64,000 bases of DNA from Escherichia coli (GCF_048403405.1 NZ_CP183129.1), one strand, 5' to 3'. Shown: positions 1 to 15,329, numbered from the stretch's first letter. Program-made: numbers and translations. Notes: generated by a model not told the origin, from the sequence alone.

Positions 1-56
1 GGTGTTTAAAGTCGCTCCAGCCAGTAGCAAATGCAGTTTTGGTGCAGGATGCTCAT

Positions 57-112
57 AAAAAAACAAGCGCTGTTCCGTTCTGATAGTTAGTTTACCCAGA
101 GCGGAACAGTGC
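57..112 (-). terminator. Putative terminator downstream of mnmE: imperfect inverted repeat (gcgctgttccg / cggaacagtgc) with a large loop, followed on the minus strand by a T-run
   Basis: Inverted repeat read directly at about 67-110; A-run at 57-63 on plus strand is a T-run on the minus strand. The long loop lowers confidence. Confidence 0.3.
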
Positions 113-134
113 CCTTTATATCAATTTAGACGAG

Positions 135-1499
135 TTACTTACCAATACAGAAGCTGGAGAAAATCCGCCCCAGCAGGTCATCAGAAGTAAATTCCCCGGT
201 GATTTCGCTTAAGTTCTGCTGCGCCAGGCGTAACTCTTCCGCCAGCAACTCGCCAGCCCAGGCTCCCAACAGTTGCGCTTTACCCTGTTGTAGATGTTCC
301 GCCGCTTGTTCCAGCGCCTGTAGGTGGCGACGGCGCGCCAGGAAACCGCCTTCCATGTTGGTGTCAAAGCCCATGCTCTGTTTGAGATGGTTACGCAGCA
401 CATCCACACCTTCACCAGTCCTTGCAGACAGACGAATTAACGCGTGACCGTTCACTTCACTCATTCCCAGCGTTTCGCCGGTGATATCGGCTTTATTGCG
501 CACCACGGTGATCGGCAGTTTCGCGGGCAGACGGGCGATAAACTCCGGCCAGATCTCTGCCGGATCAACGGCATCTGTCGTGGTGCCATCGACCATAAAC
601 AGTACGCGGTCGGCCTGTTCAATTTCCTGCCACGCACGCTCGATACCAATACGTTCCACTTCGTCACTGGCTTCACGTAGCCCGGCGGTATCGATGATAT
701 GCAGCGGCATTCCGTCAATGTGGATATGCTCACGCAGCACGTCACGCGTGGTTCCGGCGATATCGGTTACGATTGCTGCTTCACGGCCAGCCAGCGCGTT
801 TAACAGGCTCGATTTACCGGCGTTAGGACGTCCGGCAATCACCACTTTCATCCCTTCGCGCAACAAGCTGCCCTGACGCGCTTCGGCGCGTACCGCGTCG
901 AGATCGGCAATTACGTCATTGAGCTGGGCTTCAATTTTGCCGTCGGAGAGGAAATCGATCTCTTCATCAGGGAAATCAATTGCCGCTTCGACGTAAATGC
1001 GCAAGTGGGTGAGGGCTTCCACCAGATGGTTGACCCGTGCGGAGAATGCGCCTTGCAGCGAGTTAAGTGCCGAACGGGCCGCCTGTTCCGAACTGGCGTC
1101 GATAAGATCCGCAATCGCCTCGGCCTGGGCTAAGTCGAGTTTATCGTTAAGAAACGCGCGTTCGGAAAACTCACCAGGGCGAGCAATCCGCAGGCCGGGA
1201 ATGGTCAGAATGCGTTTTAACAGCAGGTCGAGGATCACCGGACCGCCATGACCCTGCAGTTCCAGCACATCTTCGCCGGTGAACGAGTTCGGGCCAGGGA
1301 ACCATAGCGCAATCCCCTGATCGAGCACGCTGCCGTCGGCGTCTTTAAACGGAAGATAATCGGCGTAGCGCGGCTTAGGCAGTTTACCCAGCACGGTTTC
1401 GGCAACTTCACGGGCTTTGAAGCCGGAGATGCGCAGGATGCCAACGCCGCCACGTCCCGGAGGCGTGGCCTGGGCTACGATAGTGTCATTATCGCTCAT
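135..1499 (-). CDS. mnmE: tRNA modification GTPase MnmE (TrmE)
   Basis: 454-aa ORF; G-domain motifs [14 protein letters not shown] and DTAG; C-terminal CIGK tetrapeptide typical of MnmE; conserved position next to yidC. Confidence 0.95.
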
Positions 1500-1549
1500 G
1501 ATGTTCCTGTTGCTTTGTGTGGCGGATGCGCGGTGCTTATCCGCCCTAC

Positions 1550-1590
1550 GAAAAGAAAAAAGGCGGTCAACTGACCGCCCTTATTTTAGC
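1550..1590. terminator. Bidirectional hairpin terminator between mnmE and yidC, with adjacent REP-like inverted repeat
   Basis: Perfect palindrome ggcggtcaactgaccgcc (about 1562-1579) flanked by an A-run upstream and cttatttt downstream; serves as a yidC terminator on the minus strand. Confidence 0.5.
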
Positions 1591-1604
1591 GAAAACTCAC
1601 CGAA

Positions 1605-3251
1605 TCAGGATTTTTTCTTCTCGCGGCTATGCAGGCCACGTTTTTCCAGACCACGGTAAATCAGCTGCTGCTGAATAATGGTTACCAGGTTGCTGACGAT
1701 ATAGTACAGCACCAGACCTGACGGGAACCACAGGAAGAACACGGTGAAGATGACCGGCATAAAGGTCATGATCTTCTGCTGCATCGGGTCGGTCACAGTG
1801 GTCGGCGACATCTTCTGAATGAAGAACATCGTTACGCCCATCAGGATCGGCAGGATGTAGTACGGGTCCTGTGCAGACAGGTCGTGGATCCACAATGCAA
1901 ACGGTGCCTGACGCAGTTCAACGGAACCCATCAGCATGTAGTACAACGCCAGGAAGATTGGCATCTGGATCAGCAGCGGGAAGCAGCCGCCCAGCGGGTT
2001 AACCTTCTCAGCTTTGTACAGCGCCATCATTTCCTGACTGATACGCTGTTTGTCATCGCCCAGACGCTCACGCATTGCCTGAATCTTCGGCTGCAGCATA
2101 CGCATCTTCGCCATGGAGGTGTACTGCGCTTTGGTCAGCGGGTACATGATGCCACGAACGATAAAGGTGATGATGATAATGGAGAAGCCCCAGTTACCCA
2201 CAAAGCTATGGATCCATTTCAGCAGTTTGAACAGCGGCTGAGAGATGAACCACAACCAACCGTAATCAACGGTCAGATCCAGGTGCGGAGCAACAGCTGC
2301 CATTTTGTCCTGGATTTCCGGGCCAACCCACAGGGTGCTGTTCATCGCGCCAGTCTGACCAGGCTGAACCAGTACCGGCTGAGATTTATAGCCGATAGCG
2401 GCGATGCCGTTACCCAGATTAGCGGTATAGAAGTTATTGGTACCGTCGTTATGCGGGATCCACGCCGTCGCGAAATACTGTTGCAGCATCGCCACCCAAC
2501 CACCTTTCGAAGAGATGTTCAGGTTTTCGTTATCGGCAATGGTATCGAACTTGTATTTCTCGTACTTCTCGTCAGGCGTGGAGTACGCCGCGCCGCGGAA
2601 GGTGTGCAGTGCGAAGTTGCTGCTTCCGGTATCGAGATGCGGTGGCAGAGTGATGGATTGCTTCAACTGACCAAAGGTGGAGATCTCCAGCGGTTTCTCG
2701 CCAGCGTTCTGCACGTTGTAGTTGACGTTGACAGCGTAATCACCACGTTTCAGGACAAACGTTTTGGTAAACGTGTTGCCTGCCGCGTCGGTATACGTCA
2801 TCGGCACCTGCAGTTCGTTTTGACCTTCAGCCAGCACATAAGCGTCTTTTTCAACGTTATACAGCGGACGCGGGCCGTTAGCCGGGTTATCCGGGCCATC
2901 ACGACCGGTCAGACCGCTCTGTGCCTGATAAATAAACTGCGGTGAAGTTTCCAGCAGCTGGAACGGCTGGGTAGAGTTCAGCTCTTTCGGGTAAGCAGGC
3001 AGCAGAGCTTGCTCAACATCACCACCACGGGTGTTGATGGTCAGATCAAGCACGTCGGTCTTAACCGAGATCAGTTTCCCCTGGCCACTGGCCGGTACGC
3101 CCTGGTCGGCGGCGCTACCCGCTGCGGTGGTCGTTGTCTGCGTGGTCTGTTGGGCCTGAGGTTGCGGGTTTTTATCCTGCTCCCAGGCTTGCCAGATCAT
3201 GAAAGACACGAACAGCAAAGCGATGACTAAAAGATTGCGTTGCGAATCCAT
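1605..3251 (-). CDS. yidC: Membrane protein insertase YidC
   Basis: 548-aa ORF with N-terminal TM segment, large periplasmic domain and C-terminal multi-TM core ending in a basic tail (SREKKKS); conserved rpmH-rnpA-yidD-yidC order. Confidence 0.95.
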
Positions 3252-3253
3252 CG

Positions 3254-3511
3254 TTAGTGTTCTCTGGTATCAAATGGTCCGGGCGGGACGGGATCGTCAC
3301 CACCAGGGTGTAAAGGGTGGCATTTTAATACGCGTTTCACCGTCAACCAACTGCCTTTTATCACTCCAAACCTGCGCAATGCCTCAATTCCGTAGCTTGA
3401 ACAGGTTGGAGTGAAACGACAATGCGGCCCGAGTAGCGGACTAATCAGGCGTTGATAGACCCGAATGAGGGCTATCAGGACCCGCGAGCCAGGCGACAGT
3501 GGCGGCGCCAT
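3254..3511 (-). CDS. yidD: Membrane protein insertion efficiency factor YidD
   Basis: 85-aa ORF containing [22 protein letters not shown]; overlaps the 3' end of rnpA, as is usual for this gene. Confidence 0.9.
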
Positions 3512-3834
3512 AATTTTTCCAACGCTTCCGAGAGAGCACGGTTATCGAGGTCGGCAACCCCTTTTTTCGCCACCACCACGAAATCCATAGCCGGGAGTTC
3601 ATGTTGGCGCAGACGGAAGCTTTCACGCGTCAGACGTTTAATCCGATTGCGTTCATGGGCGCGTCGAACGTTTTTCTTGGCGACTGTAAGACCGATACGG
3701 GGATGCCCCAGCGAATTCAGGCGGCCGAGAATGGTAATTTGCGGCGTGCCAGCCCGTTGTGGCTGCTGGAAGACGAATGTGAATTGACTGGGAGTTAACA
3801 AGCGTAACTCCCTGGGAAATGCGAGCTTAACCAC
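3475..3834 (-). CDS. rnpA: RNase P protein component
   Basis: 119-aa basic protein ([17 protein letters not shown]...), immediately downstream of rpmH on the same strand. Confidence 0.93.
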
Positions 3835-3850
3835 TCAGGGGTTAGCTTTA

Positions 3851-4003
<153 letters not shown>

Positions 4004-4239
4004 CTAAACTTGAATAAATTCAATGGCTTTATTGGATATCCGCCGAAAAATGAAACGATGGACACCGAAGCCATGGGTGATTAAAGAGGCCGGATTGTAA
4101 TAATTGTACACTCCGGAGTCAATTCTCTTTCCTTATTTACCGCGCTTTTCCGCACCTTTTCGCAGGGAAAATGTACGACCTCACACCAGTGAAAACCAGC
4201 ATGGCGCGCCGGGTGGAGGATTATACGGGCTGACGGGTA

Positions 4240-4480
4240 AAGCGCAAGGATCGTCCTGGATCTTTATTAGATCGATTAAGCCAATTTTTGTCTATGGTCA
4301 TTAAATTTTCCAATATGCGGCGTAAATCGTGCCCGCCTCGCGGCAGGATCGTTTACACTTAGCGAGTTCTGGAAAGTCCTGTGGATAAATCGGGAAAATC
4401 TGTGAGAAACAGAAGATCTCTTGCGCAGTTTAGGCTATGATCCGCGGTCCCGATCGTTTTGCAGGATCTTGATCGGGCAT
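4240..4480 (+). promoter_or_regulatory. dnaA promoter region with a dense cluster of GATC (Dam) sites
   Basis: At least nine GATC tetramers counted between about 4249 and 4474, upstream of dnaA; Dam methylation/SeqA sequestration of the dnaA promoter is established biology. Confidence 0.6.
4380..4388 (-). promoter_or_regulatory. Consensus DnaA box (TTATCCACA) in the dnaA promoter region
   Basis: Plus-strand tgtggataa at 4380-4388 is the reverse complement of TTATCCACA; the position matches the known autoregulatory DnaA box between the dnaA promoters. Confidence 0.7.
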
Positions 4481-4597
4481 ATAACCGCAGACAGCGGTTC
4501 GTGCGTCACCCTCATGCAGGGTCTTTTCGACGTACGTCAACAATCATGAATGTTTCAGCCTTAGTCATTATCGACTTTTGTTCGAGTGGAGTCCGCC

Positions 4598-6001
4598 GTG
4601 TCACTTTCGCTTTGGCAGCAGTGTCTTGCCCGATTGCAGGATGAGTTACCAGCCACAGAATTCAGTATGTGGATACGCCCATTGCAGGCGGAACTGAGCG
4701 ATAACACGCTGGCCCTGTACGCGCCAAATCGTTTTGTCCTCGATTGGGTACGGGACAAGTACCTTAATAATATCAATGGACTGCTAACCAGTTTCTGCGG
4801 AGCGGATGCCCCACAGCTGCGTTTTGAAGTCGGCACCAAACCGGTGACGCAAACGCCACAAGCGGCAGTGACGAGCAACGTCGCGGCCCCTGCACAGGTG
4901 GCGCAAACGCAGCCGCAACGTGCTGCGTCTTCTACGCGCTCAGGTTGGGATAACGTCCCGGCCCCGGCAGAACCGACCTATCGTTCTAACGTAAACGTCA
5001 AACACACGTTTGATAACTTCGTTGAAGGTAAATCTAACCAACTGGCGCGCGCGGCGGCTCGCCAGGTGGCAGATAACCCTGGCGGTGCCTATAACCCGTT
5101 GTTCCTTTATGGCGGCACGGGTCTGGGTAAAACTCACCTGCTGCATGCGGTGGGTAACGGCATTATGGCGCGCAAGCCGAATGCCAAAGTGGTTTATATG
5201 CACTCCGAGCGCTTTGTTCAGGACATGGTTAAAGCCCTGCAAAACAACGCGATCGAAGAGTTTAAACGCTACTACCGTTCCGTAGATGCACTGCTGATCG
5301 ACGATATTCAGTTTTTTGCTAATAAAGAACGATCTCAGGAAGAGTTTTTCCACACCTTCAACGCCCTGCTGGAAGGTAATCAACAGATCATTCTCACCTC
5401 GGATCGCTATCCGAAAGAGATCAACGGCGTTGAGGATCGTTTGAAATCCCGCTTCGGCTGGGGGCTGACTGTGGCGATCGAACCGCCAGAGCTGGAAACC
5501 CGCGTGGCGATCCTGATGAAAAAGGCCGACGAAAACGACATTCGTTTGCCGGGCGAAGTGGCGTTCTTTATCGCCAAGCGTCTACGATCTAACGTACGTG
5601 AGCTGGAAGGCGCGCTGAACCGCGTTATTGCTAACGCCAACTTTACCGGACGGGCGATCACCATCGACTTCGTGCGTGAGGCGCTGCGCGACTTGCTGGC
5701 ATTGCAGGAAAAACTGGTCACCATCGACAATATTCAGAAGACGGTGGCGGAGTACTACAAGATCAAAGTCGCGGATCTCCTTTCCAAGCGTCGATCCCGC
5801 TCGGTGGCGCGTCCGCGCCAGATGGCGATGGCGCTGGCGAAAGAGCTGACTAACCACAGTCTGCCGGAGATTGGCGATGCGTTTGGTGGCCGTGACCACA
5901 CGACGGTGCTTCATGCCTGCCGTAAGATCGAGCAGCTGCGTGAAGAGAGCCACGATATCAAAGAAGATTTTTCCAATTTAATCAGAACATTGTCATCGTA
6001 A
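4598..6001 (+). CDS. dnaA: Chromosomal replication initiator DnaA (GTG start)
   Basis: ORF translates from GTG at 4598 as [22 protein letters not shown]...; AAA+ Walker [13 protein letters not shown]-terminal DNA-binding domain. The track's ATG at 4586 is an upstream in-frame artefact. Confidence 0.96.
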   Translation: MSLSLWQQCLARLQDELPATEFSMWIRPLQAELSDNTLALYAPNRFVLDWVRDKYLNNINGLLTSFCGADAPQLRFEVGTKPVTQTPQAAVTSNVAAPAQVAQTQPQRAASSTRSGWDNVPAPAEPTYRSNVNVKHTFDNFVEGKSNQLARAAARQVADNPGGAYNPLFLYGGTGLGKTHLLHAVGNGIMARKPNAKVVYMHSERFVQDMVKALQNNAIEEFKRYYRSVDALLIDDIQFFANKERSQEEFFHTFNALLEGNQQIILTSDRYPKEINGVEDRLKSRFGWGLTVAIEPPELETRVAILMKKADENDIRLPGEVAFFIAKRLRSNVRELEGALNRVIANANFTGRAITIDFVREALRDLLALQEKLVTIDNIQKTVAEYYKIKVADLLSKRRSRSVARPRQMAMALAKELTNHSLPEIGDAFGGRDHTTVLHACRKIEQLREESHDIKEDFSNLIRTLSS

Positions 6002-6005
6002 ACCT

Positions 6006-7105
6006 ATGAAATTTACCGTAGAACGTGAGCATTTATTAAAACCGCTACAACAGGTGAGCGGGCCGTTAGGTGGTCGTCCTACGCTACCGATTCTCGGTAA
6101 TCTGCTGTTACAGGTTGCTGACGGTACGTTGTCGCTGACCGGTACTGATCTCGAGATGGAAATGGTGGCACGCGTTGCGCTGGTTCAGCCACACGAACCA
6201 GGGGCGACGACCGTTCCGGCGCGCAAATTCTTTGATATCTGCCGTGGTCTGCCTGAAGGCGCGGAAATTGCCGTGCAGCTGGAAGGTGAGCGTATGCTGG
6301 TGCGCTCCGGGCGTAGCCGTTTTTCGCTGTCTACCCTGCCAGCCGCGGATTTCCCGAACCTCGATGACTGGCAGAGCGAAGTCGAATTTACCCTGCCGCA
6401 GGCGACGATGAAGCGTCTGATTGAAGCGACCCAGTTTTCTATGGCGCATCAGGACGTTCGCTATTACTTAAACGGTATGCTGTTTGAAACCGAAGGCGAA
6501 GAACTGCGCACCGTGGCGACCGACGGCCACCGCCTGGCGGTCTGCTCCATGCCAATTGGTCAATCTTTGCCAAGCCATTCGGTGATCGTGCCGCGTAAAG
6601 GCGTGATTGAACTGATGCGTATGCTCGACGGCGGCGACAATCCGCTGCGCGTGCAGATTGGCAGCAACAACATTCGCGCCCACGTTGGCGACTTTATCTT
6701 CACCTCGAAACTGGTGGATGGTCGCTTCCCGGATTACCGACGCGTTCTGCCGAAGAACCCAGACAAACATCTGGAAGCAGGCTGCGATCTCCTCAAGCAG
6801 GCGTTTGCTCGCGCGGCAATTCTCTCTAACGAGAAATTCCGCGGTGTGCGCCTGTATGTCAGCGAAAACCAGCTGAAAATCACCGCCAATAACCCGGAAC
6901 AGGAAGAAGCGGAAGAGATCCTCGACGTTACCTATAGCGGTGCGGAGATGGAAATCGGCTTCAACGTCAGCTATGTGCTGGATGTTCTGAACGCGCTGAA
7001 ATGTGAAAACGTGCGCATGATGCTGACCGATTCGGTTTCCAGCGTGCAGATTGAAGATGCCGCATCACAGTCGGCTGCCTATGTTGTCATGCCAATGAGA
7101 CTGTA

Positions 7106-7106
<1 letters not shown>
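6006..7106 (+). CDS. dnaN: DNA polymerase III beta sliding clamp
   Basis: 366-aa [24 protein letters not shown]...; conserved dnaA-dnaN-recF order. Confidence 0.96.
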
Positions 7107-10622
<3,516 letters not shown>

Positions 10623-10643
10623 TGACGTTAACAATGCGAGCGT

Positions 10644-10742
10644 GCCTGATGCGCTACGCTTATCAGGCCTACGAGACTCGTGCAATATATTGAATTTGCA
10701 TGATTTTGTAGGCCGGATCAGACGTTAACGCCGCATCCGGCA
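10644..10742. repeat. Pair of REP (repetitive extragenic palindrome) elements downstream of gyrB
   Basis: gcctgatgcgctacgcttatcaggcctac (10644-10672) and gtaggccggatcagacgttaacgccgcatccggca (10708-10742) match the enterobacterial REP pattern in inverted orientation. Confidence 0.6.
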
Positions 10743-10754
10743 AGAAGCTATAAG

Positions 10755-10790
10755 AAAAGGGCGGAGATCATCTTCGCCCTTTTTATTTCT
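10755..10790 (+). terminator. Rho-independent terminator after gyrB
   Basis: GC-rich stem (gggcg ... cgccc) followed by tttttatttct. Confidence 0.5.
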
Positions 10791-10861
10791 GCAATCCGCA
10801 ATTATCATCCCGCAGATCTATACTTTTTGAGTCAACACGTAACGCTTTACAGGTGATTATC

Positions 10862-11260
10862 ATGGGGCTTTTTGATGAAGTTGTCGGTGCCTTTCTGAAA
10901 GGCGATGCGGGGAAATATCAGGCCATTTTGAGCTGGGTTGAGGAGCAGGGCGGCATTCAGGTGCTGCTGGAAAAACTGCAAAGTGGCGGTTTAGGTGCCA
11001 TTCTCTCAACCTGGCTGAGTAATCAACAGGGCAACCAACCAGTTAGCGGCGAGCAACTGGAATCAGCGCTCGGCACAAATGCGGTGTCCGATCTCGGGCA
11101 AAAACTGGGCGTGGATACCAGTACAGCTTCCAGTTTACTGGCAGAACAATTGCCGAAGATTATTGATGCACTCTCACCGCAAGGTGAAGTGACAACACAA
11201 GCCAATAACGATCTGCTTTCCGCAGGCATGGAACTGCTGAAAGGGAAACTCTTCCGCTAA
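10862..11260 (+). CDS. yidB: Conserved protein YidB (DUF937 family)
   Basis: 132-aa product starting MGLFDEVVGAFLKGD; track start at 10853 is an upstream GTG extension. Confidence 0.85.
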   Translation: MGLFDEVVGAFLKGDAGKYQAILSWVEEQGGIQVLLEKLQSGGLGAILSTWLSNQQGNQPVSGEQLESALGTNAVSDLGQKLGVDTSTASSLLAEQLPKIIDALSPQGEVTTQANNDLLSAGMELLKGKLFR

Positions 11261-11373
11261 GCAAAAGGGGAGCATGCAACGCGCGTTGCATCCCCCTTTC
11301 CCTCGGGTGTTGTACTGATTTTTGAGCGGAATCGCGTTAGCATGGGTCAGGAACCAATCTACCTGGGGAACTC

Positions 11374-12186
11374 ATGGCTATCAAACTCATTGCTATCGAT
11401 ATGGATGGCACCCTTCTGCTGCCCGATCACACCATTTCACCTGCCGTTAAAAATGCGATTGCTGCAGCTCGCGCCCGTGGCGTGAATGTCGTGCTAACGA
11501 CGGGTCGCCCTTATGCAGGTGTTCACAATTACCTGAAAGAGCTGCATATGGAACAGCCGGGCGACTACTGCATTACTTACAACGGTGCGCTGGTGCAGAA
11601 GGCCGCTGATGGTAGCACCGTGGCGCAAACCGCTCTCAGCTATGACGACTACCGTTTCCTGGAAAAACTCTCTCGCGAAGTCGGTTCTCATTTCCACGCC
11701 CTGGACCGCACCACGCTGTATACAGCAAATCGCGATATCAGCTACTACACGGTGCATGAATCCTTCGTTGCCACCATTCCGCTGGTGTTCTGCGAAGCGG
11801 AGAAAATGGACCCCAATACCCAGTTCCTGAAAGTGATGATGATTGATGAACCCGCCATCCTCGACCAGGCTATCGCGCGTATTCCGCAGGAAGTGAAAGA
11901 GAAATATACCGTGCTGAAAAGTGCGCCGTACTTCCTCGAAATCCTCGATAAACGTGTTAACAAGGGTACGGGTGTGAAATCACTGGCCGACGTGTTAGGT
12001 ATTAAACCGGAAGAAATCATGGCGATTGGCGATCAGGAAAACGACATCGCAATGATTGAATATGCAGGCGTCGGTGTGGCGATGGATAACGCTATTCCTT
12101 CGGTGAAAGAAGTGGCGAACTTTGTCACCAAATCTAACCTTGAAGATGGCGTGGCGTTTGCTATTGAGAAATATGTGCTGAATTAA
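11374..12186 (+). CDS. yidA: HAD-superfamily sugar phosphatase YidA (Cof-type)
   Basis: 270-aa ORF with HAD motif I IAIDMDGTLL and C-terminal GDQENDIAM motif. Confidence 0.9.
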   Translation: MAIKLIAIDMDGTLLLPDHTISPAVKNAIAAARARGVNVVLTTGRPYAGVHNYLKELHMEQPGDYCITYNGALVQKAADGSTVAQTALSYDDYRFLEKLSREVGSHFHALDRTTLYTANRDISYYTVHESFVATIPLVFCEAEKMDPNTQFLKVMMIDEPAILDQAIARIPQEVKEKYTVLKSAPYFLEILDKRVNKGTGVKSLADVLGIKPEEIMAIGDQENDIAMIEYAGVGVAMDNAIPSVKEVANFVTKSNLEDGVAFAIEKYVLN

Positions 12187-12191
12187 ACAGT

Positions 12192-12227
12192 GGGCGGGCA
12201 AACTGCATAAACGCGTTTGCCCGCAGC
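12192..12227. terminator. Bidirectional hairpin between convergent yidA and yidX
   Basis: Inverted repeat cgggcaaac ... gtttgcccg read directly in the 43-bp gap between the two stop codons. Confidence 0.4.
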
Positions 12228-12229
12228 GA

Positions 12230-12886
12230 TTAACAATTTCTGGTAGTGCATAAAATCAGGAACTGGAGTGGTGACGTTACTATATCCAGCGTAAGAGTGA
12301 CTGGCAGCAGCGCATTAACGAGGCCGCGCGGGACGCCATCTGTTGCTTTGTACTCATAAAATCCCACCGTAAAGGGTTGATGGAAAACCATCACGTTTGA
12401 GTAATCCGCTTTTTTATTTTTCTGGTGGATTGAGCCTTTCAAACCGTCCAGCATCCATGTACAACGCCGGGTATCACAAATAAAACCATATTGTGTTGCC
12501 AGTGCCTTATCTTCTTCGTTGTTCCAGTCGTAATAGAGCGTAATAGCACCAGAGAATTTCTTATTACTGCTGCTTAAAATAAATTTCGCGTTATCAGAAA
12601 CGGTGATTCTTTCACCATGAATTGCCGGATCGTTCAGCATTTTAACCACCTCACCGCCGCCGGTGGTCAACAGATAGTCCAACGATTCACCAACAAAAAC
12701 ATAGCCTTTCGTACCGTTACTATCTTCTGCCAGCGATAAACCCTTAATCGTGTCTGACCGCCATTGCTCGGCATGTGGACGGCTTGCAGTATTGGAAACC
12801 AATCCCCAGGTGATACATCCGGTCAACGCAAATGCCAAAGAACACAAACCGGCAGCCTTAAAAAATCCCTTAAAATTCAACTTCAT
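12230..12886 (-). CDS. yidX: Putative lipoprotein YidX
   Basis: 218 aa from internal Met ([24 protein letters not shown], a lipobox signal peptide); the track's longer 257-aa form is treated as an upstream extension. Confidence 0.8.
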   Translation of the reverse strand: MKLNFKGFFKAAGLCSLAFALTGCITWGLVSNTASRPHAEQWRSDTIKGLSLAEDSNGTKGYVFVGESLDYLLTTGGGEVVKMLNDPAIHGERITVSDNAKFILSSSNKKFSGAITLYYDWNNEEDKALATQYGFICDTRRCTWMLDGLKGSIHQKNKKADYSNVMVFHQPFTVGFYEYKATDGVPRGLVNALLPVTLTLDIVTSPLQFLILCTTRNC

Positions 12887-13023
12887 GATTAATCCTTTAA
12901 ACGAGTAGCTAAGCCGTTGAAAGCATACTCTTCTTTCCCTCCTGTTTAGCGCCTGTTCTCCCTTTTCAGATTTCTGCCCGACGCATGTCATTTTTTTATG
13001 CATTGTTCTTTTTGTGATCTAAA

Positions 13024-13098
13024 TTGTAGTACAACAATATAATTTTGTACTACATTACGCACACGGCAAACGCGAACGTCATCACGCTGGTACTACAA
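13024..13098. promoter_or_regulatory. dgo operon promoter/operator region with repeated TGTA-N-TACA inverted-repeat motifs (candidate DgoR operators)
   Basis: ttgtagtacaa (13024-13034), ttgtactaca (13045-13054) and gtactacaa (13090-13098) lie directly upstream of dgoR; GntR-family repressors typically bind this kind of inverted repeat. Confidence 0.5.
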
Positions 13099-13163
13099 AG
13101 TTGCCGCGTTATGCATCGATCGGGGTAAAGTAGAGAAGAACATACAGAGCACAAGGACTCTCC

Positions 13164-13853
13164 ATGACTCTCAATAAAACCGATCGCATCGTCATTACGC
13201 TGGGCAAACAGATCGTTCACGGCAAATACGTGCCAGGCTCGCCGCTTCCGGCTGAGGCGGAACTCTGTGAGGAGTTTGCAACCTCGCGCAACATCATCCG
13301 TGAGGTGTTCCGCTCGCTGATGGCGAAGCGGCTGATTGAAATGAAACGTTATCGCGGCGCGTTTGTGGCACCGCGTAACCAGTGGAATTACCTCGACACT
13401 GACGTACTGCAATGGGTGCTGGAAAACGACTACGACCCACGACTTATCAGTGCCATGAGCGAAGTGCGAAATCTGGTGGAACCGGCGATTGCCCGTTGGG
13501 CAGCAGAGCGCGCGACTTCCAGCGATCTGGCGCAGATTGAATCGGCGCTGAACGAGATGATTGCCAACAATCAGGACCGCGAAGCGTTTAACGAAGCGGA
13601 TATTCGCTACCACGAGGCGGTGCTGCAGTCGGTGCATAACCCGGTGTTACAGCAACTTAGCATTGCGATCAGTTCGCTGCAGCGGGCGGTTTTTGAACGA
13701 ACCTGGATGGGCGATGAGGCCAACATGCCGCAAACGCTCCAGGAACATAAGGCGCTGTTCGATGCGATACGGCATCAGGACGGCGATGCGGCAGAGCAGG
13801 CGGCGCTTACCATGATCGCCAGCTCGACACGAAGGTTAAAGGAAATCACATGA
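13164..13853 (+). CDS. dgoR: GntR/FadR-family repressor of the D-galactonate operon
   Basis: 229-aa ORF with N-terminal winged HTH; first gene of the dgoRKADT cluster. Confidence 0.92.
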   Translation: MTLNKTDRIVITLGKQIVHGKYVPGSPLPAEAELCEEFATSRNIIREVFRSLMAKRLIEMKRYRGAFVAPRNQWNYLDTDVLQWVLENDYDPRLISAMSEVRNLVEPAIARWAAERATSSDLAQIESALNEMIANNQDREAFNEADIRYHEAVLQSVHNPVLQQLSIAISSLQRAVFERTWMGDEANMPQTLQEHKALFDAIRHQDGDAAEQAALTMIASSTRRLKEIT

Positions 13854-14728
13854 CAGCTCGCTACATCGCAATTGACTGGGGATCGACCAATCTGCGCGCC
13901 TGGCTTTATCAGGGCGACTACTGCCTGGAGAGCAGGCAATCAGAAGCAGGCGTCACGCGCCTGAACGGAAAATCTCCGGCTGCGGTGTTAGCAGAAGTGA
14001 CGACCGACTGGCGTGAAGAGAATACGCCAGTGGTAATGGCAGGAATGGTCGGCAGCAATGTCGGCTGGAAAGTCGCGCCGTATTTATCCGTTCCTGCCCG
14101 TTTTTCGTCTATTGGCGAACAATTAACGTCGGTTGGCGACAATATCTGGATTATTCCCGGATTATGCGTCTCTCATGACGATAACCACAATGTGATGCGC
14201 GGCGAAGAAACACAATTGATCGGCGCGCGCACTTTGGCTCCTTCCTCTCTTTATGTTATGCCCGGAACCCATTGCAAATGGGTGCAGGCCGATAGCCAGC
14301 AAATCAACGATTTTCGCACCGTAATGACCGGTGAATTACATCATTTACTGTTAAATCACTCATTGATTGGCGCAGGTTTGCCGCCGCAGGAAAACTCTGC
14401 CGATGCCTTCGTGGCTGGCCTTGAGCGTGGCCTTAATGCGCCCGCCATATTGCCGCAGCTTTTTGAAGTTCGCGCCTCGCATGTGCTGGGAACGCTTCCC
14501 CGCGAACAGGTCAGCGAATTTCTCTCTGGTTTGTTGATTGGCGCAGAGGTTGCCAGTATGCGCGACTATGTGGCCCATCAACACGCCATCACCCTTGTCG
14601 CCGGAACATCGCTGACCGCGCGCTACCAGCAAGCCTTTCAGGCGATGGGTTGCGACGTGGCGGCGGTGGCGGGCGACACGGCATTTCAGGCTGGTATAAG
14701 GAGCATCGCTCATGCAGTGGCAAACTAA
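13850..14728 (+). CDS. dgoK: 2-dehydro-3-deoxygalactonokinase
   Basis: 292-aa ORF MTARYIAIDWGSTNLRAW...; start overlaps the dgoR stop. Confidence 0.92.
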   Translation: MTARYIAIDWGSTNLRAWLYQGDYCLESRQSEAGVTRLNGKSPAAVLAEVTTDWREENTPVVMAGMVGSNVGWKVAPYLSVPARFSSIGEQLTSVGDNIWIIPGLCVSHDDNHNVMRGEETQLIGARTLAPSSLYVMPGTHCKWVQADSQQINDFRTVMTGELHHLLLNHSLIGAGLPPQENSADAFVAGLERGLNAPAILPQLFEVRASHVLGTLPREQVSEFLSGLLIGAEVASMRDYVAHQHAITLVAGTSLTARYQQAFQAMGCDVAAVAGDTAFQAGIRSIAHAVAN

Positions 14729-15329
14729 ACTCCCGCTGATCGCCATTTTGCGCGGCATTACGCCCGACGAGGCGCTGGCGCATGTTGGCGCGGTGATTGA
14801 CGCCGGGTTCGACGCGGTTGAAATCCCGCTGAATTCCCCACAATGGGAGCAGAGCATTCCCGCCATCGTTGATGCGTATGGCGACAAGGCGTTGATTGGC
14901 GCAGGTACGGTACTGAAACCTGAACAGGTCGATGTGCTCGCCAGGATGGGCTGCCAGCTCATCGTTACGCCCAATATCCATAGTGAAGTGATCCGCCGTG
15001 CGGTGGGCTACGGCATGACCGTTTGCCCCGGCTGCGCGACGGCGACCGAAGCCTTTACCGCGCTCGACGCGGGTGCGCAGGCGCTGAAAATATTCCCTTC
15101 ATCGGCTTTTGGTCCGCAATACATCAAAGCGTTAAAAGCGGTATTACCACCGGACATCGCAGTCTTTGCCGTTGGCGGCGTGACGCCAGAAAACCTGGCG
15201 CAGTGGATAGACGCAGGTTGTGCAGGGGCAGGCTTAGGCAGCGATCTCTATCGCGCCGGGCAGTCCGTAGAACGCACCGCGCAGCAGGCAGCAGCATTTG
15301 TTAAGGCGTATCGAGAGGCAGTGCAATGA
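14712..15329 (+). CDS. dgoA: 2-dehydro-3-deoxy-6-phosphogalactonate aldolase
   Basis: 205-aa ORF, KDPG-aldolase-like; overlaps the dgoK 3' end. Confidence 0.92.
   Translation: MQWQTKLPLIAILRGITPDEALAHVGAVIDAGFDAVEIPLNSPQWEQSIPAIVDAYGDKALIGAGTVLKPEQVDVLARMGCQLIVTPNIHSEVIRRAVGYGMTVCPGCATATEAFTALDAGAQALKIFPSSAFGPQYIKALKAVLPPDIAVFAVGGVTPENLAQWIDAGCAGAGLGSDLYRAGQSVERTAQQAAAFVKAYREAVQ

Noticed and set aside
1884..2945. 353-aa plus-strand ORF
   Set aside because: Lies entirely antisense within yidC; amino-acid composition is junk-like (His/Arg/Gln-rich), and yidC on the opposite strand is unambiguous.
4586..4597. Upstream starts from the ORF track (dnaA ATG at 4586; also extensions for yidX, dgoT, cbrA, yidQ, ibpA, ibpB, yidE, yidP, glvC, yidL, yidH, emrD, uhpA, uhpC, adeQ, yicN, nepI)
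   Set aside because: The track takes the most upstream in-frame start; known N-termini and RBS placement support the internal starts, so coordinates were trimmed. These were hand-counted and could be off by a codon.
14360..14981. 204-aa and 130-aa minus-strand ORFs
   Set aside because: Antisense to dgoK/dgoA, which are in a tightly overlapping conserved operon.
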